A DNA stretch of 64,000 bases from Eukaryota sp. TZLM1-RC (GCA_040285825.1 JAUPSS010000011.1:620001-684000); one strand, 5' to 3'. Counted from the stretch's first letter, positions 34,555 to 46,800 are shown. Translations and numbers: made by a program. Notes: generated by a model not told the origin, from the letters alone.

Positions 34555-37500
34555 TTAAATTATTTCTGAAATAATGCCAAACTCATTCGAATTTGAGATT
34601 AATAAATTCTTGAATTTTGATAAACTATCATTACCATCATTAAACAAATCAACTAATTTTAACATAGATTGATTTGAAGGAATGAAATCAACCAATTTAA
34701 TAAAGTTTTGAAATTCAGTATTTGATTGAACAGAATCAATCAAATTGATTGACAGTGACAACAATTGTATGAAACAATTTAAAATTTTATTTAAAAAGTT
34801 CTGATCAAATGAATCCAATGGAGCACGACCAACCAAAGCAGAAACGTTAATCAAAAGATTAATCAAATTTGGATTTGATTGATTGAAGTTTGATTGAGAG
34901 CTAATCACATTTGTATCAATTGGTAAACAATATTCCAACAAATTCACCAAATAATACTGATCAGTACCCATCAAGCAATGAGTTGAAAAAGGAAACAAAT
35001 TAACATTTGATTGATTAAAAAGAGTTTGAAACCTGGAAATATTAGAAAAGCAGTAAATCAAATCAAATGCAATCAAATCTAGGGTATTTTGATTGAATTC
35101 CGAGTAATTGGTGGTTAAAAATTTTGACAAAAATTGATCAATAAACATTGGTGAAGGTGAATTAATGGAAAAAAGAGTAGAAAAAATCGAAAACTCCTTA
35201 ATAAAACCCATTTTCAAATATTTGATAAATGTATCTGAAATTTTTAACAAAAAAACTTCCACTGCAGTTTCTGTTGACGAAAAGTACTTGATCAATAAAT
35301 CAATCAAATTTTGATAGAAGTCAACAACCAGGAAGGTGGGAGTAGACTGGTTTTCAGTTGGATCAGTAAAAGTACTAATAACAAAGTTGAGTAACCTCAC
35401 AGTAAATGATTCTGGAATTTGACAATAATCAATCAATCCTATCAAATTGATTGCCCATGAACCGAGAGTTAAGTTCATAAAATTTTGGTTGACAAGTTCA
35501 AAATTCTGAGCCAAAGTTGCAACAACAATTGAAAATAAATTAGAATTTTGAACTGCGTTAACATTGTTTGAGAATACATTGACTAAACAATTAACAAAAA
35601 GCAAATGGTTTTTTCTAGAAATCAAGTTCAAGCATAAAGTCCAAAATTCAAAGACTTCAGGTGACCGGAAAGTACCAAAATTGACTGAATTTATCAATAA
35701 TAAATAAATTGAACTAACTTCTGTATTTGGTTTGGTAAAATCGTCCATCAAGAGGTCAACTGACTGCCAAATTGATAATCCCCAGGTGGTGACAATTTTG
35801 GCTAGCGATGAATAAAATAGACTAGAAAGTCGTTGCCTAAGGGATACTTTGCAAAGGAATAGTAACACAGGAATAGCTGACGTCATTGCTAGATCAATAC
35901 TGGGTAGGTCAATAAGAAAATTGAGCCAATGGAGTGTCAAATTTTCAACAAAGAGATCAAAATTTGGTCCAAAATTGACATCAGACAAAACTTGAAAAAA
36001 TTGAGTGATGAAAGAAACTATATTAATTAGATTTAAATCAGACTTGAATGAAGTTTGCTGAAGATTTTCTGGGAATAATTTCAAGCAAAAAACGATCAAA
36101 GCTTTTGCAAAAGCACGAGAAGTAATTAATTTTGGAAATAAGTCAAAAAGAATTGACAAGGATGACTTCAAGTGTTCAGCAATAATATTTAAATCAAAAA
36201 ATCCAAGAATTTCAATCAAACAAATGGATAAGGAAGCCATAACATCAGTAGATAATTTCTTTTCCTTAAAAAGGACGATGGTGTTGTTGAAAATACTGAG
36301 AAAAAACTCAAAAAAGGAATCGGGAAGCAAAACATGACTTTGAGATGATAACAAAGTCACTAATCGGGAAAAAAAGGATAGATCATAATAAACGTGGTCC
36401 ATAACGTCATGGTCGCTCAACAATCTTGACGGGCTAAGATTTTGATCAAAAGAAAAAAGAAAACACGACTTAATTAGATTTTCAATGTAAAGGAAGTTAT
36501 TACCAATATTGTATTGAGAGAAAAAGACCACCAACGATGATAAAGTATTGTCTGGTGGAAAATTAAGAAACTTACAAATGTCACTTAAATGCAAAGACGG
36601 ACTTTGCAAAAATTCAGAATTTAAAAGATGACTAAATAAATTCGAAAGTGCTAAACCATTCAGAATGACAATTGAAACACCAAAGCTATCAAATACTGAT
36701 TTGAAAACCATACCAATAGTAGTTGATTGTTCGGTCATTTCCAAATCAAATCTGGCTAAAGAGGTGGATAGAAAAGCCGGTGAAGTTCTCGGTAACGTAA
36801 TACTGTATTCAGGATCAGAAACTTGACTGTCAGAATGATTGATTAACAGAAAATTGATGATTGACAGTTTATAAAAGGACTCTGACAAAAACTTTCCAAT
36901 TTCAAAGCAATTTCGATGATGTGCGAATTCAAGCACAATTTGAGGACTTAATTTACAAACAAAGGAAATCAGTAAAAGAAATGAATCATCTTTTTCGCAA
37001 CAATTATCAAAGAGTAATTCGAGACAAAAGTCGACGAATCTTTTGACTGATCCATTGGAGGGATTCAAATCAAACAGACACTTCGGAATTAATACAAGAA
37101 GAGAAGAAGGAAACGCTGAAACCTTATCTAAGTATCCATATAAAGATCTATCAAGAGATAAAAGGTCAAATAACGGCGAGTCAAAGTCAAGGGTACCTTC
37201 AGACCCTTCTTTTCCTTTTTCTACCTTTTCTTTTTCTTCTTTTTCTTTTTTGTGCTCAGAATTCCAGAAAAAGTCAGATTTTGAAATATTGTAGTTAGTA
37301 GTAATGTGATCAACTTCAAAAAGGGAAGAAGCACCAGATACTACAGAACCAATTGAACAAGATCTAGATCTACAATCTATACTGGAAACTGATGACTCAT
37401 CAGGGTCAGAAAATGATTGACTTGTTTCAGGAAAAGAATGTGCAAGATTTAATTCGCAATTAAATTGTGAATTTCCCTTAAATGGAGATAGAAGTGTTTC

Positions 37501-39219
37501 TTTGGTTGAAACTAATTCTGAATTGGATCTTTGACAAAAAAACTTGGAAACAGAAACGACAACATCCAACAAGACACAAGATTCAAGCTCCAGTAAATAA
37601 TTATTTTGAGGGCCAACAAAGATTAGCAAAGTATTAATTAACCATGATAGAGATGTTAGTAAAGGTAAAAATGAGGGGAGATCTAAACCTGAATTCGATT
37701 GGATTAAAGATTCAAATTTGACTAAAAAACAAACCAAAACACATAGGAAATCGGAAACCCAATCACAAAACTGATTATCTTCACTATCATTTTGATTTGA
37801 TTGGTAGCTTCTCAAGATCATACCGTTAATTCCACAGAAAAATAAAGCAAGATTAAGTGCTGAAACATTATTTGAATTACTTAAACAGTGCTTTAAAAGT
37901 CCCGAAATTAATTTTAAATCAATTAATTGATGGAGGTCCAAAAACTCGGAAAGAATAACAAAATGGTCAATTACTGTTACAATAAGAGAAGAGTCTCTAT
38001 GGCTGAGTGATTTTAACATTGATGAGTAAAATACTTGAGGAAAAGAATTGGAAACTTTCTTGAATAAATCTTTTGTATTAGAAACTAAATGTAAATTGAC
38101 AACATTAATTGAGTGATTATTTAACGACAAGTTTCTGACACTACCAATACAAATAAGGAAAAGTTCAAAAAATTCAGCTAATATTAAAGAATCAATATCT
38201 GAAAATTGAAAAAGAAACGTACATAATCTGCTTAGATGACAACTAAACACAATCATTTGGTCCAATCCATCAATTTTGATTGATTGACTATCATTGACAC
38301 AGCAACTGCCACGTAACCAGTCAGAAAACCCTTGAAACAGCTCATAATCTCTAACTAACAAGTGACTCAATGAATGAAAAAGTTTATGATAGACCTTTTC
38401 TGAAAATGCAGTTGAAGGCAACCTTCGAAAAAGGTCAAAAAGGCAAATAATACATGATTGGTGGCAGTTAATAACTGGGAAGAGTACACAGTCAATCAAA
38501 TCATTAACGACAGCAAGTGAATGCTTTAATGCATAGTCAAAAACTAAAGGAAACAAAGAACTAAATCGTTTTTCAAAATTTAAATTAAATTTACTACTAT
38601 TTTCAAGATAAACTCCAACTATTAATATAAAAAGATCAACTATTTTAAAAGATTTGGTTATTATTAAGTTACTTTTAAAATGATTTTCAAAGCAAAAAAG
38701 AATATTATCAAGTGTTATAAAAGTAAAGTCTTCAAAACGAGTCAGTAAATTGACCCATGTTATGGAGCTACTCTTTTCACCTGATGAGCTATCTGCCAAC
38801 TCATGACAAGACTCAGCCATTATTGCTGAGTAAACAGCCAGAGGAAGAGAAAGATCAAAAAAATCATCCTTTCCTTTCGGTGTAAAAAGCTCCATAAAAA
38901 AGCTTGGGCAGCTACTTTCAATTAAAAGACAAAGAGTTGTGTCAAGTGAAGTAATCATTGACTGAGTGAACAACTTTGAGTTTGGTGAGTTAAGGCATAG
39001 ACCTCTTACAACAGTCTGTACAACCGATGCTACAGCTGACACCGAAGCAGAGTCAGTGGTAAGGGTTCGTTGAAGATAGAAGCAAAGGTGTGAGGTGAAA
39101 AGTTGTTGGTCAGATTCAATGGATGTTACTGACTGTAGAAGAGTGAGCAACTCTTGGCAATGTGAAGCATTGTACCTGTGTTTTCTAAGATGTGTGAAGA
39201 TATTCTTCAAAGACTTCAT
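34555..39219 (-). CDS. Large (1554 aa) L/F/S-rich, probably alpha-solenoid protein of unknown function
   Basis: Long uninterrupted ORF; no recognisable motif. Confidence 0.8.
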   Translation of the reverse strand: MKSLKNIFTHLRKHRYNASHCQELLTLLQSVTSIESDQQLFTSHLCFYLQRTLTTDSASVSAVASVVQTVVRGLCLNSPNSKLFTQSMITSLDTTLCLLIESSCPSFFMELFTPKGKDDFFDLSLPLAVYSAIMAESCHELADSSSGEKSSSITWVNLLTRFEDFTFITLDNILFCFENHFKSNLIITKSFKIVDLFILIVGVYLENSSKFNLNFEKRFSSLFPLVFDYALKHSLAVVNDLIDCVLFPVINCHQSCIICLFDLFRRLPSTAFSEKVYHKLFHSLSHLLVRDYELFQGFSDWLRGSCCVNDSQSIKIDGLDQMIVFSCHLSRLCTFLFQFSDIDSLILAEFFELFLICIGSVRNLSLNNHSINVVNLHLVSNTKDLFKKVSNSFPQVFYSSMLKSLSHRDSSLIVTVIDHFVILSEFLDLHQLIDLKLISGLLKHCLSNSNNVSALNLALFFCGINGMILRSYQSNQNDSEDNQFCDWVSDFLCVLVCFLVKFESLIQSNSGLDLPSFLPLLTSLSWLINTLLIFVGPQNNYLLELESCVLLDVVVSVSKFFCQRSNSELVSTKETLLSPFKGNSQFNCELNLAHSFPETSQSFSDPDESSVSSIDCRSRSCSIGSVVSGASSLFEVDHITTNYNISKSDFFWNSEHKKEKEEKEKVEKGKEGSEGTLDFDSPLFDLLSLDRSLYGYLDKVSAFPSSLLVLIPKCLFDLNPSNGSVKRFVDFCLELLFDNCCEKDDSFLLLISFVCKLSPQIVLEFAHHRNCFEIGKFLSESFYKLSIINFLLINHSDSQVSDPEYSITLPRTSPAFLSTSLARFDLEMTEQSTTIGMVFKSVFDSFGVSIVILNGLALSNLFSHLLNSEFLQSPSLHLSDICKFLNFPPDNTLSSLVVFFSQYNIGNNFLYIENLIKSCFLFSFDQNLSPSRLLSDHDVMDHVYYDLSFFSRLVTLLSSQSHVLLPDSFFEFFLSIFNNTIVLFKEKKLSTDVMASLSICLIEILGFFDLNIIAEHLKSSLSILFDLFPKLITSRAFAKALIVFCLKLFPENLQQTSFKSDLNLINIVSFITQFFQVLSDVNFGPNFDLFVENLTLHWLNFLIDLPSIDLAMTSAIPVLLFLCKVSLRQRLSSLFYSSLAKIVTTWGLSIWQSVDLLMDDFTKPNTEVSSIYLLLINSVNFGTFRSPEVFEFWTLCLNLISRKNHLLFVNCLVNVFSNNVNAVQNSNLFSIVVATLAQNFELVNQNFMNLTLGSWAINLIGLIDYCQIPESFTVRLLNFVISTFTDPTENQSTPTFLVVDFYQNLIDLLIKYFSSTETAVEVFLLKISDTFIKYLKMGFIKEFSIFSTLFSINSPSPMFIDQFLSKFLTTNYSEFNQNTLDLIAFDLIYCFSNISRFQTLFNQSNVNLFPFSTHCLMGTDQYYLVNLLEYCLPIDTNVISSQSNFNQSNPNLINLLINVSALVGRAPLDSFDQNFLNKILNCFIQLLSLSINLIDSVQSNTEFQNFIKLVDFIPSNQSMLKLVDLFNDGNDSLSKFKNLLISNSNEFGIISEII

Positions 39220-39307
39220 TATTGCAGATATAGTCTATAACAAAGGTATAAGTGTTCTTTTTACACCAATGTGGAGGGAGTGAGTTTTTTGAGAAGTGGA
39301 AGATTTT
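39220..39307 (-). mobile_element. ORF-less family-A element end (copy A3) abutting the ATG of the 1554-aa gene
   Basis: CATTGGTGTAAAAAGAACACTTATACCTTTGTTATAGACTATATCTGCAATA|ATG aligns with A1; distal plus-strand GAGGGAGTGAGTT..GAAGTGGAAGATTTT aligns with A2. Confidence 0.78.
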
Positions 39308-40692
39308 GGTGTTGGGGATAAATTTGAATTTTTTTATTAAATTTCGAAATAGAATTATTTCTTAAACAACTAAGCCTCCACTTCCTCAAAAACTGCCTCT
39401 GCAACATCGAAATAATTTCTTAACGATATGTAAATCGACCAAAAGAGGACAGCGAATGTACAATTAATTTCACCATTTTCTCATAAATTGAAAACACAAT
39501 TTAATTTTGCAATAAAAATGACTTCCCCGCTTTGAAAATTTTTGAAGACGTGACCACAAAAGAAAATTGCACTTTCATTTTTGGTAACACATCATCAGAT
39601 TTTTAGTCCAAAAAGTTTAAATAATTCCCCCAAATAAACTCTAATTCAATACTAGAATTATTCCGACTCCTAATTACCGCCACATCATATCACGTCATCA
39701 TATCACGTCAATCATTATCGGTTCTCTAATGACATTGTTTATAGCATTGCTTTTGAGCATCATAAGATTTGTCTTCAACAATTTCCAGTAGTTCACCATT
39801 TCTAATGAACTAAATCAATATATCTGAAAGAAAAACTACAAGAGCTTTTTTCTTTGAGATGAGGAAAAATCTTAGGAGGAATAATCCATTTTTTTATATA
39901 AAAATAACAGTTTTTTTTACTTTTTTTTTATTCAAACGAAGTTATTAAAAACTAAAAATCAATTTCCTCAAACTCCAAATTCACCATTGGAAATTTACTC
40001 GGAGCATTTTCTTCACAAAATCTTTCTAGTGATAACTACGGGCTAGAAACAAGGCTATGCATTCCTTTAAAAATAGAAAACACAATTCTGTTTTGTCAAA
40101 CGGTTCGGTCAAATATTCTTCCAGTTCTATTTTCGACAACAGATGAAAAATCGTCTATAAAAGATAAGATAATGCAGTTTTACCCAAGGTTCCAAATAAA
40201 GAAAAAGCAAAAGGACAAAGAAGGTATTGAGTATGTGAGTTGGAGTTCAAATTATTGATCTTTTCAGCATATTTGATAATTTTCGCTTCTTTAGGTCTAC
40301 GTAAAGGTGTATTAAAAGATGGTAGCAGTACTTTATTTGAACTGTTTGATACATCAGTAGATCTGACGTCAATAATGATCGTTGATCATGATAATAAAAC
40401 TTTAACTTCACAAAAACTTATGCAATCAAATTTGGCAATGGTATTGATTCCCTATGAATTGTTAAATACTCAATCTATTTTGTCAAGAAGTTGTTCCTAA
40501 TCGAATAAATTCACCAGATTTATCATAATTTATTGTTAAAACAGAACCTTGTCACGTCATCATTGTTGTCCAAGAGTTTCAAATGATACTCTCCAAATTA
40601 ATCTTATTAGGATATCTGAAATTTAGAGAAATATCTTATTAGCGAATGATGTTGATTATTTAGTCCGACTTCATTTTGCTACTTGGTCAGGA

Positions 40693-42666
40693 ATGAGGAC
40701 AGCAGGGAAAGTGGCAGCGTCCCTTCTTACCGGGACTGTGGTTTTAGCTGGAGGAGTTGCTCTCTACCGTAAATTCGTTTCATCTAGCATTGATGTTTCA
40801 GATGATCTCTGTTTTCAATCTCTTCATAATGATCTCCCATGTTTACTCGATCTTCTAAATCATCGATCTTTAAGAAAACGCATAGTAGCAACAAAATTTC
40901 TGTCCAAGCTTTCCAACACAGAGTACATGACGAAGTTAATATCAAGTCCCACCTTCGTAGGTTACATTCCTACTTTGTTGTCTGATTCATCAACATGCAG
41001 TGACTTCTTCAACTTCACCACAAGGGTTCTCTCAACCACCGCGCCCCCTGAACCTTTTCTGTCGTCTATAATTTCCAACTTTCATCATTTTCTCCTCCGT
41101 TCTCGTTCAATAGACAAGGCGTCCCTGCTTCTCTTAGACCTAACACGTTCTTCTGAAGGCATATGTCGTAGTGTGATGAGTAATTCATGCCTGATTGACG
41201 TCATTTATCTCTGCATTCTTGACCCTGAGCCATCTGACACTTGTAAACATAATTTGGTTTACATTCTTGTTTTGTTGAGTAATGTGAAAGATTTTAGTAA
41301 ACTTTTATGTAATAAGGACATTTTATTTTTCTTGACTACCACAGAGTCAAGTTTTCACTTACCGACATGTTCTCTTTTAGCAAATCTTAGTAGATGTCAA
41401 GAAAATCATCAAGTTTTGATTAATTTTCTCGGATTCATTTCTCGGTTGATTAATTCTTCACTTGAAGAAAATCGTTTTGGTGAAAGCTTTTCAGAATGTT
41501 TACGAAGTTTAGCCAGTCTTTCTGTTTCTGATCAAGTCGTAGAGTTTCTTAAACAAAGTGATCTGATAAAGACTTTGATTAATGTCTCTACATCAATTTC
41601 TCCTAATCATTCGTATGATCTTTTATGGTGTTTTTGGATCTTTGCTAATTTTTGCAGAACATTAGAATTGAGTCAACTCTTAATTAAACTAAACATTATT
41701 AATTTTTCGTTAAACATACTGGGCGGGATTGATGAGCTCAAGAGAAGTACTTTTTCTATTAACAAGTTGAATCCATTTTTGAAGTTACAGATAGGTAGAT
41801 CATTTGGTAATATTGTTGAAGTTTTTGGCGACAAGCTCTCAAAAGATAATTTTTCTCAATCACTGTTGATCGTCCGAAGTCTTTTGACGTCAACAACTGA
41901 CAGGGTTAGAAACCAAGCATTCATTATTGTCGAACATTTACTTTCCATAAATTGCTATAAGGAAAGAGTCAGAGAGTTTCTTTCAATCAATTCTCCATTG
42001 TTGATCTTTATTGATCGAACCACTGCTTCTAGTGCTATCAAGTCTCGAATTCAGCATCTTGGTGTCAATTCTACTGGTAACGATTCTTTTGAAATTCCCT
42101 TTCCCTTAAAAACTGGCTACACTTGGCATTGTATCTTTAATGAACCTTTACCAATATATTTACCCATTCCAATGAATTATTACTATGCTATTGATCAAGA
42201 TAGTTCATCAAATACTATTTATCTTTCCAAAAGTCCCATATCTAATACAAGATTTATTGAATGTGGCATTTCTATTTCATTTTTAATGGGGGTTTCTTCA
42301 TTTGAAACAACACCTTCAGAACTAGGATTTCAATTTGTTTCCCGCTTTGTTGCTGGGGTTGAAGGTCGTTCTGATGTAGAATTGAGCAATGAAGTCACTA
42401 GCTCAAAATTTAGATGTTTTCAAACTTTTTCTGCGGTGATTACTGATCTTGAATCAAAGTACACAACAGAAGTAACTCAATCTCAAATAGATACGCCTAT
42501 TGACAAAATTGAAGGTAAAAGGTTCATAAAGAATTTTGTAGTTTGTTTAGACAAAACTGATTTCTTGATTGTCTTCAATACACAAAGCTCACAAGACAAT
42601 TGGAGTGAAGTTTTGCAAATAGAGCAGTTCATTTTGAATAGAATTCTTTTAGATGGTTTTGTTTGA
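40693..42666 (+). CDS. ARM-repeat-like protein with N-terminal hydrophobic anchor
   Basis: 657-aa ORF; LANLS, LASLS, FANFC helical-repeat signatures. Confidence 0.7.
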   Translation: MRTAGKVAASLLTGTVVLAGGVALYRKFVSSSIDVSDDLCFQSLHNDLPCLLDLLNHRSLRKRIVATKFLSKLSNTEYMTKLISSPTFVGYIPTLLSDSSTCSDFFNFTTRVLSTTAPPEPFLSSIISNFHHFLLRSRSIDKASLLLLDLTRSSEGICRSVMSNSCLIDVIYLCILDPEPSDTCKHNLVYILVLLSNVKDFSKLLCNKDILFFLTTTESSFHLPTCSLLANLSRCQENHQVLINFLGFISRLINSSLEENRFGESFSECLRSLASLSVSDQVVEFLKQSDLIKTLINVSTSISPNHSYDLLWCFWIFANFCRTLELSQLLIKLNIINFSLNILGGIDELKRSTFSINKLNPFLKLQIGRSFGNIVEVFGDKLSKDNFSQSLLIVRSLLTSTTDRVRNQAFIIVEHLLSINCYKERVREFLSINSPLLIFIDRTTASSAIKSRIQHLGVNSTGNDSFEIPFPLKTGYTWHCIFNEPLPIYLPIPMNYYYAIDQDSSSNTIYLSKSPISNTRFIECGISISFLMGVSSFETTPSELGFQFVSRFVAGVEGRSDVELSNEVTSSKFRCFQTFSAVITDLESKYTTEVTQSQIDTPIDKIEGKRFIKNFVVCLDKTDFLIVFNTQSSQDNWSEVLQIEQFILNRILLDGFV

Positions 42667-42757
42667 GTCTTTGTAAATATTTTTCCCAATTTTTTGATCT
42701 TTCAATTATAAAATAATCAATTGATTTAAATTTATGGATTAATTACTTGAAAACTTA

Positions 42758-43444
42758 TCAATCACCTTTTGAATCAATCAAATGCCAGCAGAGACGAACT
42801 CTTTTTAGATCTTGAACTGTATATTTGTGGTTGAAATACAATAATAAAAAAACAAACAAGTGTTCAAATATTGGAAAAACAAAAGCTCGGTATTTTGAGA
42901 AAATAAATCTTTCCCCAACAAGAAAAAACCCGGCAAAAGGAAGAATTGTTGCGTACAAAAGCCAATTAGTAACCAGCCTTCCCCAACCACAGAGACTATC
43001 TTTACAATGTCGAATTCTTAAACTTGTCAGAAAGCAGCATGTTGAACTACAAACAAAGAACATAGCAGTAGTGATCAAATGAAGAGTGGTATTGTGTTCG
43101 ATAGCAGCAAGAGCTCCCAGTGTAAAACCTAAAAACAAAGTCAAGAAAAAGTCTAGGGTTGATATCGAGAGACCGAAGAGTTTTCGAAAGGAACGTTGAG
43201 GAATGATATAGCAAGTGAAGTGAATTAGTGTGGTGAAGAACCAAAAAATTCCAGAAATTGCTAAAAATAATGAAAAAATGAATCGTTCAATCAATCCACC
43301 ATGTCCAATTGCACTTAAAGTGGATAATAATGGCAAACCTCTTTGAAACAATCTTGTTAATAGATGTGGCATAATGCAAGCAATGACTGAAGTGTAGATG
43401 GCTATTATACAGACATAGTGTGCACTAATGTAATTATTTGACAT
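42758..43444 (-). CDS. Frag1/DRAM/Sfk1 (TMEM150-like) multi-pass membrane protein
   Basis: About six TM segments; TLSAIG..IERFIF, LHLITTAMFF, FEH motifs. Confidence 0.6.
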   Translation of the reverse strand: MSNNYISAHYVCIIAIYTSVIACIMPHLLTRLFQRGLPLLSTLSAIGHGGLIERFIFSLFLAISGIFWFFTTLIHFTCYIIPQRSFRKLFGLSISTLDFFLTLFLGFTLGALAAIEHNTTLHLITTAMFFVCSSTCCFLTSLRIRHCKDSLCGWGRLVTNWLLYATILPFAGFFLVGERFIFSKYRAFVFPIFEHLFVFLLLYFNHKYTVQDLKRVRLCWHLIDSKGD

Positions 43445-43810
43445 GACAAGAAGAACGAACGAGAGAAAGGACAGCTGAAATGATACTTTTTGTTGAAGGT
43501 TAGTAGATCAGTAGTAACAGCGATTTCAGTTGTCATGACTTGATTTAACCAAATCACTTCATATGGTTGAAAGGGTAGACAAACTTGGTAATTGAAACAG
43601 GTTAAAAAATAGAACATACACATGAACAGCCAGGTTCACCTACATCAATGTCAATTGAAAAGACTAATAGTGTCTTGGTAGTTGAACTAAACCAATAAGG
43701 AGGGACATGAAACCTGTAATGACATCTGTTGCTCTTTATTTTGTAAACATTTTAGTTTGAGATTAAAAAATAAAATAGCAATAACATTTATTCCTCCTTG
43801 ATTCTCCTCC

Positions 43811-46800
43811 ATGAACTCTTCGCTTCCAGATCTCTGTTCTCAGGTACGTTGTTTGTGCCATGAATTGTGGAAAACCTCGTCACCATCTAGAGCTGATTTT
43901 GATTACACTACAACTACTCCACTACGATTTAATTCTTTAGCCCAACTACAAACTCCCCCGTTCAGCAGAAGCCCTTCTAAAGCCACTCTGAGTCGTTACA
44001 ACTCTCGTTCATCTTTCAAATCTTCACAACCTCATGCCTACATCCCAGTCAACAGTGCCAGCGTTTCTTGTCCTCAACGTGATACACATCTCTCTATAGG
44101 TCTTAATGAAACCAACAGTTCTCCTATCATTTTATCTTCTGCATTGAATTCTTCTATTGTACCATCTTTACGTATTAAATCCAAACCCCCGTCGAACCCT
44201 CTACTGAGAAACAAAAGAAGATTTATCAAAAGCTCAATGAACGAAAATGACTGTTTGAATTTGTTTTCTTGCTTGGCTTCTGAATCCAGCTTTTCTATGA
44301 TTTCAAGGAACTTTTACCTAAGAGCAGGTTGCGAAGAAGTAAAGACTCCTAGAGAGGGAGAAGGTGGATCTAGTGATGAATTGTCTAGCGATTTCAGTAA
44401 CCTAAAACTTGATTACGATCATTTTTCTCTTTTTGATTTCGAGCTTTATTCAAACTTTAGCATTCCCAAACTATTATTTGATTTAGTGTTAGACCTCAAA
44501 CAATCACTTTATGATAATCAATCAAATTTTGATTGGTTCGATCTTTCTGTCATCAATTCCCTCACTGATATAGCAATTTCGCTTGTTTTGTTTTTTTTAT
44601 TGAAAAAATTAGACTATTCGTACTTGATGGATTTTGTTGATGCCCTTTCTTTTTTTACTCGGTTTGGGTCATTACGAGTAGCATTAACGGAAAGAATTGT
44701 TTTTAGTTTTCATCTATTCAATGAAAAAATTCAAATGTTTAGTTGTTTGGTGCTTTTATTGTTTTTTGAGTCGCCGTTTTCCGTCAATATTAAGATTTTA
44801 ACTTTGGGTAAAAATTTCAAGAGGTCTGCTTTGATTGATCTATTTATACTAATCTTATTCAGAAATGAAAATTTAAAAAATTCGGACTATTTGAATCTTG
44901 TTGGTGATTTTTTTGGCGGTTCTGAATTTCTTATAAAGTTTTCCACTGAAATTTTGTTAGAAAAACATTCATTTTTCAGCCAACTCAATTCAATTATGGA
45001 TCATTTTAGAACAGACTTCTGGACGTTGGTCAAACAAAGTTTTTGGTTTTTGATTGATGTATCCTATCATTCAGTCCAGAATTCTGAAGATCGACCTTCT
45101 CTCTGTGATCTTTTGACCTTTATTTTCAAAACTGACAGCATTACTTGCAAATCCAAGAAAATTGAACTTTTAGGATTGATGTCGATGAATTTTCTTCAGG
45201 TAACAACTCAGTCCCAGTTGCTTTTATACCAAATTTGTAAGGATTTTGCCAAAGATTTAACAAAAGACCCAATTTCAGATCAGGTTACCATTTCCTTCTT
45301 TATGCATTTGTCCCAGGCGGTGTTGCTGAATCGTCAGTTGTTTTCAGAGTTCTTGAGACTGTTAGCAAATTCCGGATTAATTTCTGTAATTTTGGTTTCC
45401 TTAATGAATCTAACTGCTACATCAATCAATCAATCTTCAGTTTCCTTCAATAAGAGTGAGAGTGATTCTTTCGACGAAGAGCACTCTTTTGCTGATTATT
45501 ACGATTATTGTTCTTCTTCAGATGGGATTCCATTCAGTCCGCCTGAAACTCCCCCAGATATAGTAAACAAGCTCAGACTTGGAAGTGATCCAGAAATCAA
45601 TCATTTTGATCTTAATGACGTTACTTCTGAGGTCATTATTGAACCTGTTCCTAAGCATGATTCCACATTAACGTGTTTTGCCCTTCTTTTAGTTTTTGCA
45701 ATAGATTTTGATTTCAATCTTTCAGTTTTTGATTTGGCATTTTGCTATCTATATAATCTTGAACAGAAGTTTCATTGTCAACTAAGACAGATTGTCAGCA
45801 GCTTATCTTTAGATTATTCGAAAAGAACTTTCTTGTTAAAGTTCATTTCACAAAAGCGAAACTTGTTCTTGACAAAGTCCTGGCTTAGCAGCGGTACTTT
45901 TGGTCGAGTTTCTGAGGTGATTGGTTACAATTTGTTTCAAAATAATGTAGTTGTGAAGGAAATTAGTTGGGATGCTAAAGGTTTAGATCTTTCAAGTTCT
46001 CTGAGTGAGATTTTTTTACAGTCGCTTGTCTATAAAAAGAGTAAAGTTCCAGTAACTTCCAGAATTTACAATTTTGGTTTTGATCAACATGGTATCTGGA
46101 TATTGATGGAAAAAGGAATATCTCTAGATTGTTTTAGAAAGAGTCTTGGGTTCTCCATCGATGACGTTACATCTCAATCTTTTTTGACTTTCACTTTTGA
46201 CTTTTTCAGAAAACTGGCAGTTGTTCTGAAGACTTTGGATAGTTTAAGCATTGCACATTGCGATGTCAAACTTTCCAACATTCTGGTACTTCCTAATTCT
46301 CAATCATATGACGTTATTTTGATTGATTTTGGGGAGGCTAGGTTAGAGACTCACAGTCCCTCATTAGATAGAACTTTACCCACTGATAGAGAACGTGGAA
46401 CACAGTACATAAAGGGACCAGAAGTCATGAGAAGTCAAGGTGTTCAACGACAGTCAATCACGTTTTCTACCGACGTTTGGGCTTTTGGCATTGCTTTAAT
46501 TGAATTTGTCACAGGCAGACCCCCTGAAATTGATCATTCTCAAGACATTGGTAAAAATCGAGTGAAATTCAATGAATTTTTTCCATCAGGTACTCCCAAC
46601 CAAATTATTAGTCTTGCTGATTTTGTTTTGCATTCAAATCCACATCACCGACCTCATCCAAATCAAATTGTTGAATTTATTGATAACTTAAACATCCCAC
46701 CTGTTGAATTTAATCCGTGCGTTCTAAACCAAAAAGATTTAGTTCTAGATTCAACGGAGAAAAATGGTTTAAGGCTTGATTGTTGTTCCTTCTGTAAGTG

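Noticed and set aside
39682-39712. CATCATATCACGT tandem duplication
   Set aside because: Two copies only; ordinary slippage.
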